Positions 15,995 through 25,400 of a stretch of 31,762 bases of DNA are shown here, one piece after another. Under the pieces are notes generated by a model. It saw nothing but the letters and a program-made list of their open reading frames with translations. It was not told the DNA's origin and did not search any database. The stretch is from assembly GCF_900167395.1 (NCBI RefSeq), contig NZ_FUWK01000034.1:1-31762 (forward strand), in the 5' to 3' direction. The position numbers were made by a program, and so were the translations under genes. How positions within the stretch are numbered: position 1 is the first letter of the stretch; each line of letters begins with the position of its first letter. The stretch is from Nitrosomonas europaea (GTDB lineage: Bacteria; Pseudomonadota; Gammaproteobacteria; Burkholderiales; Nitrosomonadaceae).

Positions 15995-16282
15995 ATGAGT
16001 AATAGAGAAGCTTATATCAAGAAGGCTGAAGCGCAGTTAAAAGAGTGGGGGGCACAAATCGATCTCCTGAAAGCAAAAGGAGAAAACCTGGCTGCTGATA
16101 CCGAAATCGAGTTCAAGAAAAAATTAGATGAGGCAGAAGAAAAACGAGCTGAACTCTCATCTTATCTGGATCAGCTGGCAGATAAAACAGACAGTATCTG
16201 GGATGACATAAAGGATGAAGCAGAAGAAAAATGGAATACTGTCAGCAAAACATTCTCCGATTTTGTCGATAAATTCAAGTAA
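15995..16282 (+). CDS. Small acidic coiled-coil protein (hypothetical, stress-protein-like)
   Basis: An AGGAG RBS precedes the ATG. The sequence is a heptad-like charged helix throughout, with no signal peptide. Confidence 0.6.
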   Translation: MSNREAYIKKAEAQLKEWGAQIDLLKAKGENLAADTEIEFKKKLDEAEEKRAELSSYLDQLADKTDSIWDDIKDEAEEKWNTVSKTFSDFVDKFK

Positions 16283-16317
16283 ACAGACCGAATCTTCCAA
16301 CTAAAACGGAGGGGACT

Positions 16318-16485
16318 ATGTTTAATATGGCATTAGTTTTCTTTCTCATTGCTGTTCTGGCTGGAATCCTGGGTTTTGCAGGTATTGCAGGAACGCTTGC
16401 ATGGGCAGCAAAAGTGTTGTTCTTTGCAGGTCTGATCCTCACGGTAGTTTTTTATCTGCTGGGCAAAAGAACACCCCCTGTTTGA
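16318..16485 (+). CDS. DUF1328/UPF0391 (YtjA-like) small membrane protein, 55 aa; not in the supplied ORF track
   Basis: My translation is MFNMALVFFLIAVLAGILGFAGIAGTLAWAAKVLFFAGLILTVVFYLLGKRTPPV*. It contains the hallmark GILGFAGIAG motif and is preceded by a GGAGGGG RBS. Confidence 0.7.
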   Translation: MFNMALVFFLIAVLAGILGFAGIAGTLAWAAKVLFFAGLILTVVFYLLGKRTPPV

Positions 16486-16572
16486 ATCGGTATTCCCGAT
16501 AAGAATTCAGGTAATTGATCACGCCATACGAGGATGTTTGTATGTTCTGATTTTAAACAAAGGAGTAGAAAA

Positions 16573-16836
16573 ATGAAAAAAACCTATCTGCTGTCAACCG
16601 TTCTTCTTATGTTCCTGTCATCTTCCGTCATCGCAGAGGAAACTCTCACCGAGAAACTGGAAACAAAGACAAATGATGTTGAAAGGGCAACCAATAAAGC
16701 GATCAATCGTGCACAGGAAGCCACCTGCACAGACAGTGATGCTGAATGTTTGAAGCAAAAAGCAAAGAACAGGGCAAGTGAAGCTTATGACGCTACTAAA
16801 GACAAAGCATCTGAAATCAAAAATAAAGTTGACTGA
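16573..16836 (+). CDS. Small secreted Lys/Glu-rich protein (hypothetical)
   Basis: The internal Met at 16573 follows an AGGAG RBS and opens a clear signal peptide (MKKTYLLSTVLLMFLSSSVIA/EE). The track start at 16534 lacks both features. Confidence 0.55.
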   Translation: MKKTYLLSTVLLMFLSSSVIAEETLTEKLETKTNDVERATNKAINRAQEATCTDSDAECLKQKAKNRASEAYDATKDKASEIKNKVD

Positions 16837-16858
16837 TACAAGGTCATCTCATCTTTAT

Positions 16859-16903
16859 CGGGCAGCAACCACTGATTGTGGCTCTGCCCGTCAGTTCTTT
16901 CTC
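16859..16903 (+). terminator. Rho-independent terminator between convergent genes
   Basis: CGGGCAG (16859-16865) pairs with CTGCCCG (16884-16890), with an inner CCAC/GTGG helix. A T-rich run (tcagttctttctc) follows. Confidence 0.5.
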
Positions 16904-16983
16904 ACCCTTTTCACAAAACCAGAATGGTTAGTATCATGCCTGGGTGGCTCCGGAGGCCAGCAGGTGAAGTCCCCTCGTGTTGA

Positions 16984-18108
16984 TCATGCCATGGAGCTGA
17001 TCGTCCTGCGGAAGCGGGCAAGTGCCAGCGTGAAAAAAATACTGCCAATCGCAAGCAAAGCGAGAAATTCCGGCCAGACGATACCAAAATCTGCACCACG
17101 ATAGAGAATGGCCTGAGCAAGCGAGACGAAATGGGTGGTTGGTGCTGCAAGCATGAGGTACTGCACTGCCTCGGGCATACTTTCACGCGGTGTCATGCCA
17201 CCGGACAGCATTTGCAGTGGCAGCAGAATAATGATCATCAGCAGCCCCATTTGCGGCATTGAACGTGCTACCATGCCAAGGAAAATGCCCATCGAGGTCG
17301 TGGCGAACAGATGTAATGTCATGCCCATGACGAACAGCCCGATCGAACCTTCGATCGGTACGTTGAGCAAATCCTGTACGACAAAGACGAGTGAGGCAGT
17401 AGCCACGATGGCGACGACCAGACCCATCGACCATACTTTGGCCAGCATGATCTCGAAAGGGGTCAGTGGCATGACCAGCAGATGTTCGATAGTGCCGTGC
17501 TCACGTTCACGGATCAGTGCTGCGCCGGTGAGGATGATGGATAGCATGGTAATGCTGTTGATGACTTCCATCACCGAACCAAACCATACCGAGCTCAGAT
17601 TCGGATTGAAGCGTGCACGTATTTCAAGTTCTGCCGGCCAGGCAGGAAGCATCCGATAACGTTGAGAGAATGCGGTGACTTCACCCGTAACGATATTCTG
17701 GATATAGCCGCTGCCGATAAAGGCTTGTGACATACGCGTCGCATCGACATTGAGCTGAATGGCAGGCCGGCGTCCAGCCAGTACATCGCGTTGAAAATCA
17801 GGCGGAATATCGAGCACGAAAGTGTACAGACCGGTATCCATACCCGGATCGGCAGCGTACTGCTCGATGATGAGTGGTGGCAGGAAATGGGGAGGATAAA
17901 AGGCATCGATGATACGCAATGACAGAGGTGATCGATCTTCATCGATGATGGCGACAGGGGCCTTGTGCAATGATTCCGGCAGGCCGGTGGCAGTCAGGTA
18001 CACCTGGCCGGTGAACGCGAACAGAATCAGGAACAGCATCAGTTTGTCACGTCCCAGGCTGCGCAATTCCTTGATCCCAAGGTGAAAGGCATTGAGCAGG
18101 GTGAGCAT
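16984..18108 (-). CDS. yhhJ: ABC-2 type transporter permease, YhhJ-like
   Basis: It is 374 aa, with an N-terminal TM, a large periplasmic loop and a C-terminal cluster of five TMs (ABC-2 architecture). It lies immediately downstream of the RbbA-like gene, as in the E. coli yhiI-rbbA-yhhJ operon. Confidence 0.75.
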   Translation of the reverse strand: MLTLLNAFHLGIKELRSLGRDKLMLFLILFAFTGQVYLTATGLPESLHKAPVAIIDEDRSPLSLRIIDAFYPPHFLPPLIIEQYAADPGMDTGLYTFVLDIPPDFQRDVLAGRRPAIQLNVDATRMSQAFIGSGYIQNIVTGEVTAFSQRYRMLPAWPAELEIRARFNPNLSSVWFGSVMEVINSITMLSIILTGAALIREREHGTIEHLLVMPLTPFEIMLAKVWSMGLVVAIVATASLVFVVQDLLNVPIEGSIGLFVMGMTLHLFATTSMGIFLGMVARSMPQMGLLMIIILLPLQMLSGGMTPRESMPEAVQYLMLAAPTTHFVSLAQAILYRGADFGIVWPEFLALLAIGSIFFTLALARFRRTISSMA

Positions 18109-18110
18109 TG

Positions 18111-20882
18111 CTAACGTTCCTGTTTCTTCAACAGTATGACCGCCAGACTGGTGATGACAGGAATGGCGAGTGCAAGGGGCAGCAACAAAGAGCCAAGCTC
18201 AGCAAATCCCAGCGCTTTGGAAAAAGTTCCTCGACTGATCGTCAGAAAGTACGTGGCGGGAAAAATCTCACCAACCAGTCGTGCACCGCCTTCCAGCGAA
18301 GAAACCGGATCGATCATGCCGGAAAAGCGTGAAGAAGGGATGATGGTAGCCAGCGATGTCGCGAAGATGGCGGCAATCTGGCTGCGTGTAAAGGCTGAAA
18401 CCAGCAAGCCGAGACCGGTAGCGGCGGTCACATACAATAATGCTGCCACTGTCAGTAACAGGAAATCCCCCTTGTGCGGTACGCCGAAAACGAATACAGC
18501 CAGTATGCACAATAGAAAAAAGTTGATCATCCCCAGGGCAATGTAAGGAAGCTGCTTGCCAAGGAGAAATTCCAGTCTGGTCACGGGCGTGACATACAGA
18601 TTGAGAATGGAACCCAGCTCCTTTTCCCGTACGACACTGAGTGCGCTGAGCATGGCCAGAATCAGCATCAGCAACATAGGTATCACCGCAGGGACGATAG
18701 CCGGCAAACTTTTGACGTCAGGGTTATAGCGAAAACGTGTTTCGATCGTCATCAGCCCGGCAGGTAAATGATCTGTGGCATGATGGCGTGCCTGCTCGAG
18801 CAGCCAGTTTTGATGCATCGCCTGTACATAACCAAGTATATTCTCGGCGCGTGTGGGCATTGCGCCATCGATCCAGGCGCCGATTCTGACGTTATCACCG
18901 CGTGCCAGATCACGTGCGAAATTCGGGGGAATTTCCAATGCGAGACTCAACTCACCGCTGCGCATACGTTGATCGAGCTCGCCATAATCAGTGATTGGTG
19001 GCTGTTCGATGAAATAACGTGAGCCGCTGAGATCGAGTATATAGTTCCGGCTGAGTGTGGTCTGGTCGCGATCCAGTACGGCAAAGCGCAGATTCTCGAC
19101 ATCCATACTGATACCGTATCCCATGATGAACATCAGTAATACAGTCCCGAATAATGCGATTGAACCGCGGATCGGATCACGGCGCAGTTCCAGTGCTTCG
19201 CGCAAGGTGTAGCTGAACAGGCGTAACAGACTGAAACGGGTATTGAGTGTCATGACAGCGTGAGTCTCCTCTGGCGCAACCGTCGCCTGGGCCTGGGTAG
19301 TGGAGGGAACAGGCATTTTCACCGGTTTATCACTGATGCCACTTGCCTGTTTCAGGTAACTGATGAAAGCAGCTTCCAGTGTGGAATGGCCGCTACGCTC
19401 GATCAGTGCGGCAGGGGTATCACTGGCGAGAATCTTGCCGGCATGCATCAGCGAGATACGATCGCAGCGCTCGGCCTCGTTCATGAAATGGGTGGAAATG
19501 AAGATGGTTACCTGATCACGGCGAGCCAGGCCGATGATCAGCTCCCAGAACATGTCCCGTGCGATTGGATCGACACCGGAGGTCGGTTCGTCGAGAATCA
19601 GCAGATCCGGCTGATGAATGACTGCGACTGCCAGTGACAACCGCTGACGCATACCCAGCGGCAGAGCATCGGGAAAGCTGTCCATGACTGCTTCGAGCAG
19701 AAAACGTTCAGCCATTTCGGTGACACGCGCAGGAATATCGGCATCAGGCAGGTGGAACAGCTTTGCATGCAGCTCCAGATTCTGTCGCACAGTCAGCTCG
19801 GAGTAGAGTGAAAACGCCTGAGACATATAGCCGACTCGTTTACGGGTAGCCAGATTACCGGCATCGATGACCTGACCGAATAGCCACGCTTCTCCTTCAC
19901 TGGGGGGTAGCAGGCCGGTCAGCATTTTCATGGTGGTGGATTTACCACAACCGTTGGAGCCGAGAAAACCAAAGATCTCACCACGCGAAATATGCAGATT
20001 GACCCGATCAACCGCGACAAAATCGCCAAAACGCATGGTCAGATCGTGTGCCTCGATGGCAATTTCCTGATCATCCCGGATATCGCGTGGCGGGATAATG
20101 ATCTCTCGGTAACCTCTGCGTTTTTCTGCCGGCAATAACCGGATGAAGGCGGCTTCCAGCGAGTCGGTGTCAGTACGTGTACGCAGCTCGGCTGCAGTCC
20201 CGGTAGCAAGAATTTTGCCGGCATCCATTGCTGCCAGCCAGTCAAAGCGTTCTGCCTCGTCCATATAGGCAGTAGAAACCAGTACACTCATATTGACGTG
20301 TTGTGTACGCAAACGACTGATCAGCTCCCAGAACTGCGCACGTGATAGTGGATCGACACCAGTAGTCGGTTCATCCAGCACCAGAAAATCGGGGTCGTGA
20401 ATCAGTGCACAGCACAAGCCGAGTTTCTGTTTCATTCCACCCGATAATTTACCGGCAGGGCGATCCCGGAAAGGGGCCAGCCCGGTACTTTCGAGCAATT
20501 CGTCGATACGCTGATGACGTTCGATCTGTTCGTGACCGAACAACTGACCGAAGAAATCGATATTTTCGAATACCGAGAGCGTGTGGTACAGATTCCTGCC
20601 CAATCCCTGTGGCATGTAAGCAATCCGTGGGCAGACCACACGACGATGTGCCGGATCTGCGATATCGCCTCCCAGGACTTCGATCTGACCCTGCTGCATT
20701 ACTCGCGCACCGGTCAGTAACGACATCAGACTGGATTTGCCGACTCCATCCGGACCGATCAACCCTGCCATGCAATGGGCGGGAATCTCTACGTCGAGAG
20801 CATCGAGTGCGAGAGTGTCACCGTAACGTAAATTGACATTCTGTACACGGATGACCGGTTTCGTAGAGATATCCACACTCAT
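18111..20882 (-). CDS. rbbA: Fused double-ATPase plus ABC-2 permease protein, RbbA (YhiH)-like
   Basis: It has two nucleotide-binding domains (Walker [10 protein letters not shown] and GSNGCGKST; signatures LSGGMKQK and a degenerate second one) followed by an ABC-2 membrane domain. The 923-aa length matches RbbA-type proteins. Confidence 0.8.
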   Translation of the reverse strand: MSVDISTKPVIRVQNVNLRYGDTLALDALDVEIPAHCMAGLIGPDGVGKSSLMSLLTGARVMQQGQIEVLGGDIADPAHRRVVCPRIAYMPQGLGRNLYHTLSVFENIDFFGQLFGHEQIERHQRIDELLESTGLAPFRDRPAGKLSGGMKQKLGLCCALIHDPDFLVLDEPTTGVDPLSRAQFWELISRLRTQHVNMSVLVSTAYMDEAERFDWLAAMDAGKILATGTAAELRTRTDTDSLEAAFIRLLPAEKRRGYREIIIPPRDIRDDQEIAIEAHDLTMRFGDFVAVDRVNLHISRGEIFGFLGSNGCGKSTTMKMLTGLLPPSEGEAWLFGQVIDAGNLATRKRVGYMSQAFSLYSELTVRQNLELHAKLFHLPDADIPARVTEMAERFLLEAVMDSFPDALPLGMRQRLSLAVAVIHQPDLLILDEPTSGVDPIARDMFWELIIGLARRDQVTIFISTHFMNEAERCDRISLMHAGKILASDTPAALIERSGHSTLEAAFISYLKQASGISDKPVKMPVPSTTQAQATVAPEETHAVMTLNTRFSLLRLFSYTLREALELRRDPIRGSIALFGTVLLMFIMGYGISMDVENLRFAVLDRDQTTLSRNYILDLSGSRYFIEQPPITDYGELDQRMRSGELSLALEIPPNFARDLARGDNVRIGAWIDGAMPTRAENILGYVQAMHQNWLLEQARHHATDHLPAGLMTIETRFRYNPDVKSLPAIVPAVIPMLLMLILAMLSALSVVREKELGSILNLYVTPVTRLEFLLGKQLPYIALGMINFFLLCILAVFVFGVPHKGDFLLLTVAALLYVTAATGLGLLVSAFTRSQIAAIFATSLATIIPSSRFSGMIDPVSSLEGGARLVGEIFPATYFLTISRGTFSKALGFAELGSLLLPLALAIPVITSLAVILLKKQER

Positions 20883-21949
20883 TGCGGTAACCTGACTTCC
20901 AGCTCAGCGGGCCATACTGCTGCAGGATCGAGTTTGACATAAGCCATACCGGGTAAGCCGGTCTTGACCTGCTCAAGGTGTTGCTTCAACAACTCGGGAT
21001 CGATTCTTGCCCTGACACGAAACATCAGCTTCAGGCGTTCACTTTCGGTTTCCACCGTTTTCGGCGTAAATTGAGCAACACTGGCGACAAAGCTGGCTTT
21101 GGCCGGAATCACATAACCTGGCGCAGCATCGAGCACAATATGGATGTCGCTGCCGAGTGCTACTTTACCGGCAGCTTCAGCAGGCAGGAAGAAAGTCATA
21201 TAAACATCAGAAAGATCGACCATGCTGAGGACACGGCCGCCCACGCCCAATACCTCACCGGGTTCTGCCACACGATACTGCACACGGCCATCACGTGGTG
21301 CCCGCAATTCACTGTCATCGATATCTGCCTGCAAGCGTGCAACCGTGGCCTGGGCCGCGACAATGACCGATTGTGACTCTATCACCTGTGATTTTGCCGC
21401 TTCGATACTGGCATTGGCTGCGGCAACCTGAGCCTGCGCTGCACTGACAGCAGCTTGTGCACTCAATACGCGTGCCTGGTCATCATCCAGTTCCTGCTGA
21501 GCTGAGGCGCCTTCACCAGCCAGCATTTGCGTACGCTGCAAGCGTTTGCGGGCAGCATCCAATTCCGCTTGACGCTGGGCCACGACCGCGCGTGCAGCCG
21601 TCTGCTCGCTCTGACGCTGTATCACGATGGATTGTGCTGTCTGGTGGGCATGTTCAGCCCGGCGAACCTGTGCTTCCGCCTCGATCTGCTGAGCGCGCAG
21701 TACCTGTGTATCCATGCGTGCCAGTACTCTGTCGGCTTGCACAAAATCGCCTTCTCTTGCCAGAATTTCGATAATACGGCCGGGAGCCCTGGTAGCAATA
21801 TCGATTTCGGTTGCTTCGATGCGGCCATTGCCTGCCACGATCCCGGCAGGCAGACCCGCCGGACGAAGTACTCTCCATGCGACGATGATCGTGATGATGA
21901 CGAGGGCCGCAAGGAGATAAGTCAGTACCGGTTTCACGCGTTTATTCAT
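20879..21949 (-). CDS. yhiI: HlyD-family periplasmic adaptor, YhiI-like
   Basis: It has an N-terminal anchor and a long Ala/Gln-rich coiled coil. The conserved blocks [35 protein letters not shown] and [29 protein letters not shown] match E. coli YhiI as I recall it. Confidence 0.8.
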   Translation of the reverse strand: MNKRVKPVLTYLLAALVIITIIVAWRVLRPAGLPAGIVAGNGRIEATEIDIATRAPGRIIEILAREGDFVQADRVLARMDTQVLRAQQIEAEAQVRRAEHAHQTAQSIVIQRQSEQTAARAVVAQRQAELDAARKRLQRTQMLAGEGASAQQELDDDQARVLSAQAAVSAAQAQVAAANASIEAAKSQVIESQSVIVAAQATVARLQADIDDSELRAPRDGRVQYRVAEPGEVLGVGGRVLSMVDLSDVYMTFFLPAEAAGKVALGSDIHIVLDAAPGYVIPAKASFVASVAQFTPKTVETESERLKLMFRVRARIDPELLKQHLEQVKTGLPGMAYVKLDPAAVWPAELEVRLPQ

Positions 21950-23376
21950 TGTTTCTCCGAGATGATTTCCACTCCACCTCCCAGTGTTTTATAAACTGTA
22001 ATCAGATCAGTCGAGACTTTCGTTTCAGAACGGGCAAGATCGATCTCGGCACTGTAAAGTGTGCGTTGAGCGTCCAGCACATCCAGAAACGATACGGTCC
22101 CTACCTGAAAGCGTAACTGTGATAATCGGACCGCTTCACGCAGATCCATCACAGAACGAGCCAGGGCTTGTCGCCGAATTTCTTCCTTGAGATAGCGTGT
22201 CAGGGCCGTTTCGGTTTCCTGTAATGCTTCCAATACCGTTTTCTCAAATGTCAGATAGGTTTCCTGCTGCCGTGCATTGGCCAGATCGATTCCTGCCCGG
22301 ATACGACCAAAATTGAGCAGCGGCTGTAAGAGACCGGCAGCAGTGTTATAGGAAAAGGCGGCTGACTTGAACAATGCATCGAGTTCGGTATTGCGCAGAC
22401 CCAGGAAGGCTGATAGCGACAGCCGCGGGAACAGTTCTGCGATTGCAGCACCTTGCAGCGCTGTTGCAGCAGCGAGCCGGCGTTCGGCAATATGAAGATC
22501 AGGGCGGTGGCGAATGGTTGCCACAGGTGAGGCCAGAATGGTACGTCCGGGGGCCATGGGTACGGCATCCGGTTCACTCAGTGCAGCAGCAAGTGCGCCT
22601 GGCTGCTGTCCCGTCAACATCTCCAGCTGCCGTAATGCAGCAACCAGGCTTCCTTCCAGATCAGGAATCTGAGCCCTGGTGGTTTCGGTCTGTGCCCGTG
22701 CTCGTACCGCATCATAGCGGGTACCAACGCCCGCCTTGAAGAGTTTCTCGGTTAATTCCTGGGTAGTCTGCTGAGCAGCCAGGTTTGCGCGCGTGATACG
22801 TAACTGATTCTGGAAACTGCGGTATTCGATATAGCTGCGTGCCAGATCGGCTGTCAGTGTGACCAGTGCCTGGCTGTACTGAATATTGACGGCATCCAGA
22901 TCGGCAGAAGCAGCTTCCAGCTGGCGACGCAAACGGCCGAACAGATCGATTTCCCATAAGGCATCGAATCCCAACTCGAACAAGTTGAATTTGATACCAG
23001 GTGCAAATCCGGGAAAGGGATTATGACTACGCTGGGCATTGGCTGTTGCGTTGACACCCGGGAACAGCCCGGCACGAATGGCACTGCGCTCAGCGCGGGC
23101 CTGGTCGATACGGGACAGTGCAATTTTGAGATCGAAATTGTCTGATAGCGCCTGATCTATCAGGCTATCCAGCCGGGGATCATTGAAATTTTTCCACCAT
23201 TCCTTCAATACCTGCTGATCGATCGGCTGCACAGACAGACTTTGCTGTTCAACAATCTCTTCTTTTTCAGCCTGCCAGGAATCGGGAATGCCAGGAAGAG
23301 GAGGGCGGTAATCCGGACCGACAGCACACCCGCTCAGAATGACTGCGATGAGAAACCAGCCAATCTTGTCTATCAT
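21946..23376 (-). CDS. Outer-membrane efflux lipoprotein, NodT/OprM family
   Basis: It has a lipobox ([12 protein letters not shown]) and the two-repeat OMF architecture. Its stop overlaps the start of the adaptor gene by 4 nt. Confidence 0.85.
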   Translation of the reverse strand: MIDKIGWFLIAVILSGCAVGPDYRPPLPGIPDSWQAEKEEIVEQQSLSVQPIDQQVLKEWWKNFNDPRLDSLIDQALSDNFDLKIALSRIDQARAERSAIRAGLFPGVNATANAQRSHNPFPGFAPGIKFNLFELGFDALWEIDLFGRLRRQLEAASADLDAVNIQYSQALVTLTADLARSYIEYRSFQNQLRITRANLAAQQTTQELTEKLFKAGVGTRYDAVRARAQTETTRAQIPDLEGSLVAALRQLEMLTGQQPGALAAALSEPDAVPMAPGRTILASPVATIRHRPDLHIAERRLAAATALQGAAIAELFPRLSLSAFLGLRNTELDALFKSAAFSYNTAAGLLQPLLNFGRIRAGIDLANARQQETYLTFEKTVLEALQETETALTRYLKEEIRRQALARSVMDLREAVRLSQLRFQVGTVSFLDVLDAQRTLYSAEIDLARSETKVSTDLITVYKTLGGGVEIISEKQ

Positions 23377-23455
23377 GGCTTCACCCCGGCAAGTGGAAAG
23401 GCGGTGTTTGCGATGGAAGCTGCCATCAACCCGATTCTAGCCGATAAAAGATATT

Positions 23456-24070
23456 TTAATTCTCCAGGGTTTTCAACCCGGCGAAACCCGCCTGATAAAG
23501 TTTCTCGGCAATTTCCCATTTATGTTCAGGAACACGGTTCGTGCAGAATAAGGTGCTGTATATGCCATCAACCAGCGAATGCAGATACAAATTGGCCAGT
23601 TTGATATCGGTAGTCTGTGGCAGCTCGGCATTGGCGACAGCTTCAATGATGAGTTCTTCTGTATCGGCCATGCGCTGCGCTTCCCACTCGTTTCGAATAT
23701 CGAGCAGGGCGAGATGATCCTCGCTTTCATCACATTTGAGGTACAGAATATGCAGTACACGCTGTACCGGCCCTGGTTCCGAGTATAAACGCAGGAGATA
23801 GATTCCTTCCCGGTACAGTGTCTGCAGCGCGGATTCCCCTTTAATCCGGACAGGTATTTCCATCGACGCGAAGGCCCGTTCGCACATAGCGATCGACAGA
23901 TCTATCTTGTTTTTATAGTGCCCGTACACGGCTCCGCGTGAAACATTGGCAGCATGGGCAATATCTCCCATGGTCGTACGTCCCATCCCTTTGCATAAAA
24001 TGACCTGTTCCGCTGCATCCAGAATCGTATCGCGTGTACGTTGTGAATCTTCCCTGGTTTTTCCTGGCAC
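23456..24070 (-). CDS. TetR/AcrR-family transcriptional repressor
   Basis: It has an N-terminal HTH (TRDTILDAAEQVILCKGMGRTTMGDIAHAANVSRGAVYGHYKNK). It sits at the head of the ABC efflux operon and is divergent from the RND operon. Confidence 0.85.
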   Translation of the reverse strand: MPGKTREDSQRTRDTILDAAEQVILCKGMGRTTMGDIAHAANVSRGAVYGHYKNKIDLSIAMCERAFASMEIPVRIKGESALQTLYREGIYLLRLYSEPGPVQRVLHILYLKCDESEDHLALLDIRNEWEAQRMADTEELIIEAVANAELPQTTDIKLANLYLHSLVDGIYSTLFCTNRVPEHKWEIAEKLYQAGFAGLKTLEN

Positions 24071-24134
24071 ACACTTTCCTCAATCAAATAAATACACTGC
24101 TTATCAATAGTCAGCATTACACGTTACAGCTAAT

Positions 24135-24154
24135 TAATCAATCATGACTGATTA
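24135..24154. promoter_or_regulatory. Candidate TetR operator 1 (18/20 palindrome)
   Basis: The palindrome TAATCAaTCATGAcTGATTA lies in the 151-bp divergent intergenic region between the TetR gene and the RND adaptor gene. Confidence 0.45.
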
Positions 24155-24173
24155 CATGCTATATTGTCGGAAT

Positions 24174-24194
24174 GATAATCATGTCCGGATTATC
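24174..24194. promoter_or_regulatory. Candidate TetR operator 2 (7-bp arms, 7-nt spacer)
   Basis: GATAATC-atgtccg-GATTATC shares the TAATC/GATTA half-site with operator 1. It lies about 30 nt upstream of the preferred MFP start. Confidence 0.4.
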
Positions 24195-24221
24195 CAGCGA
24201 CAAAACAATAAAGAGAGATTC

Positions 24222-25382
24222 ATGCTTCGTTACCCAAACCGGTTTTATATTCTGATGGTTCTGTTCTCGATCTATGGACTTTCAGGGTGTAACGACCGAC
24301 AGAGCGATACGGCAGCGAATGAAGTTCCCCCGCAAGTCGATGTCATTATCACTCGGGTGGTTTCTTCTCCGGTCAGTATTGAATTGCCTGGCAGACTGGA
24401 AGCTTTCCGACAGGCAGAGGTACGCGCCAGAGTGGCCGGAATCGTGACAGAGCGGCTATATAAGGAAGGGCAGGATGTGCGTAAAGGTACTCCGCTTTTC
24501 CTGATCAATCCCGAGCTGTTGAAAGTGGCGCGTGATGAAGCATCAGGCACTTTGGCCAAGGCTGAGGCCAATTACCATGATGTAGCCGACAAACTCAAGC
24601 GTTACAAAGATCTGGTCAGTGATCATTCCATCAGTGAACGTGATTATCAATCCGCAGTGGCCGGGGAAAAACAAGCCAAGGCTGAATTGCTCTCAGCCAG
24701 AGCACGGCTGGAAAAAGCCAGGCTCGATCTCGGTTATGCAACCGTCGTTTCACCGATCGATGGTCGGGCACGCCGTGCATTGGTAACGGAGGGTGCGCTG
24801 GTCGGGCAGGATGCGCCGACACCCTTGACCACAATCGAACAGATCGATCCGATTTATGTCAATTTTTCACAACCGGCTACTGAAGTCATGGCCATGCAGC
24901 GTGCCATCAAATCTGGAAAAATCCGGGGTATCGAACAGAAAGATATTCAGGTTCACCTGATTTTTTCGGATGGCAGTGAGTATGGCCATACCGGCAAGCT
25001 GTTCTTTTCAGATCTCGCCGTGGATACATCGACCGACACCGTAGCGATGCGGGCACTATTTGACAACCCTGAATACGAACTGTTACCCGGTGCTTATGTG
25101 CAGGTACGACTGGAACAGGCCATCATCAACCATGCCGTTCCTGTTCCACGTGATGCCCTGGTTCGTGCTGCCGGCGTATCGAGCGTCATGATTGTCGATA
25201 CTGAAGACACAGTACAGAGAGTCGAAGTCGAGGCGAATACGCTGGAAGGTAACCACTGGGTGGTTACCAGCGGGTTGCAGGGTGGCGAGAAAGTGATTAT
25301 CAGCAACCCGGCCATGATGATATCGGGTGCCCGGGTAAGGCCCGTCGTTACCGACGATCAGACAGATCATTCCCAACAATAA
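24222..25382 (+). CDS. RND efflux membrane-fusion lipoprotein (AcrA/MexA family)
   Basis: The internal Met at 24222 follows an AAGAGAG RBS and gives a lipoprotein signal (…IYGLSGC/NDRQ). Typical MFP blocks are present (VRARVAGIV, GYATVVSPIDGR). The track start at 24144 adds an implausible 26-aa extension. Confidence 0.85.
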   Translation: MLRYPNRFYILMVLFSIYGLSGCNDRQSDTAANEVPPQVDVIITRVVSSPVSIELPGRLEAFRQAEVRARVAGIVTERLYKEGQDVRKGTPLFLINPELLKVARDEASGTLAKAEANYHDVADKLKRYKDLVSDHSISERDYQSAVAGEKQAKAELLSARARLEKARLDLGYATVVSPIDGRARRALVTEGALVGQDAPTPLTTIEQIDPIYVNFSQPATEVMAMQRAIKSGKIRGIEQKDIQVHLIFSDGSEYGHTGKLFFSDLAVDTSTDTVAMRALFDNPEYELLPGAYVQVRLEQAIINHAVPVPRDALVRAAGVSSVMIVDTEDTVQRVEVEANTLEGNHWVVTSGLQGGEKVIISNPAMMISGARVRPVVTDDQTDHSQQ

Positions 25383-25400
25383 AAATCCATACAGGAATTT

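Noticed and set aside
17135-22957. Off-frame ORFs across the ABC, HlyD and OMF genes (e.g. 17135-17659, 18136-18546, 20405-20836, 21527-21994, 22374-22739)
   Set aside because: They are shadow ORFs of long, motif-rich transporter genes, with no independent signals.
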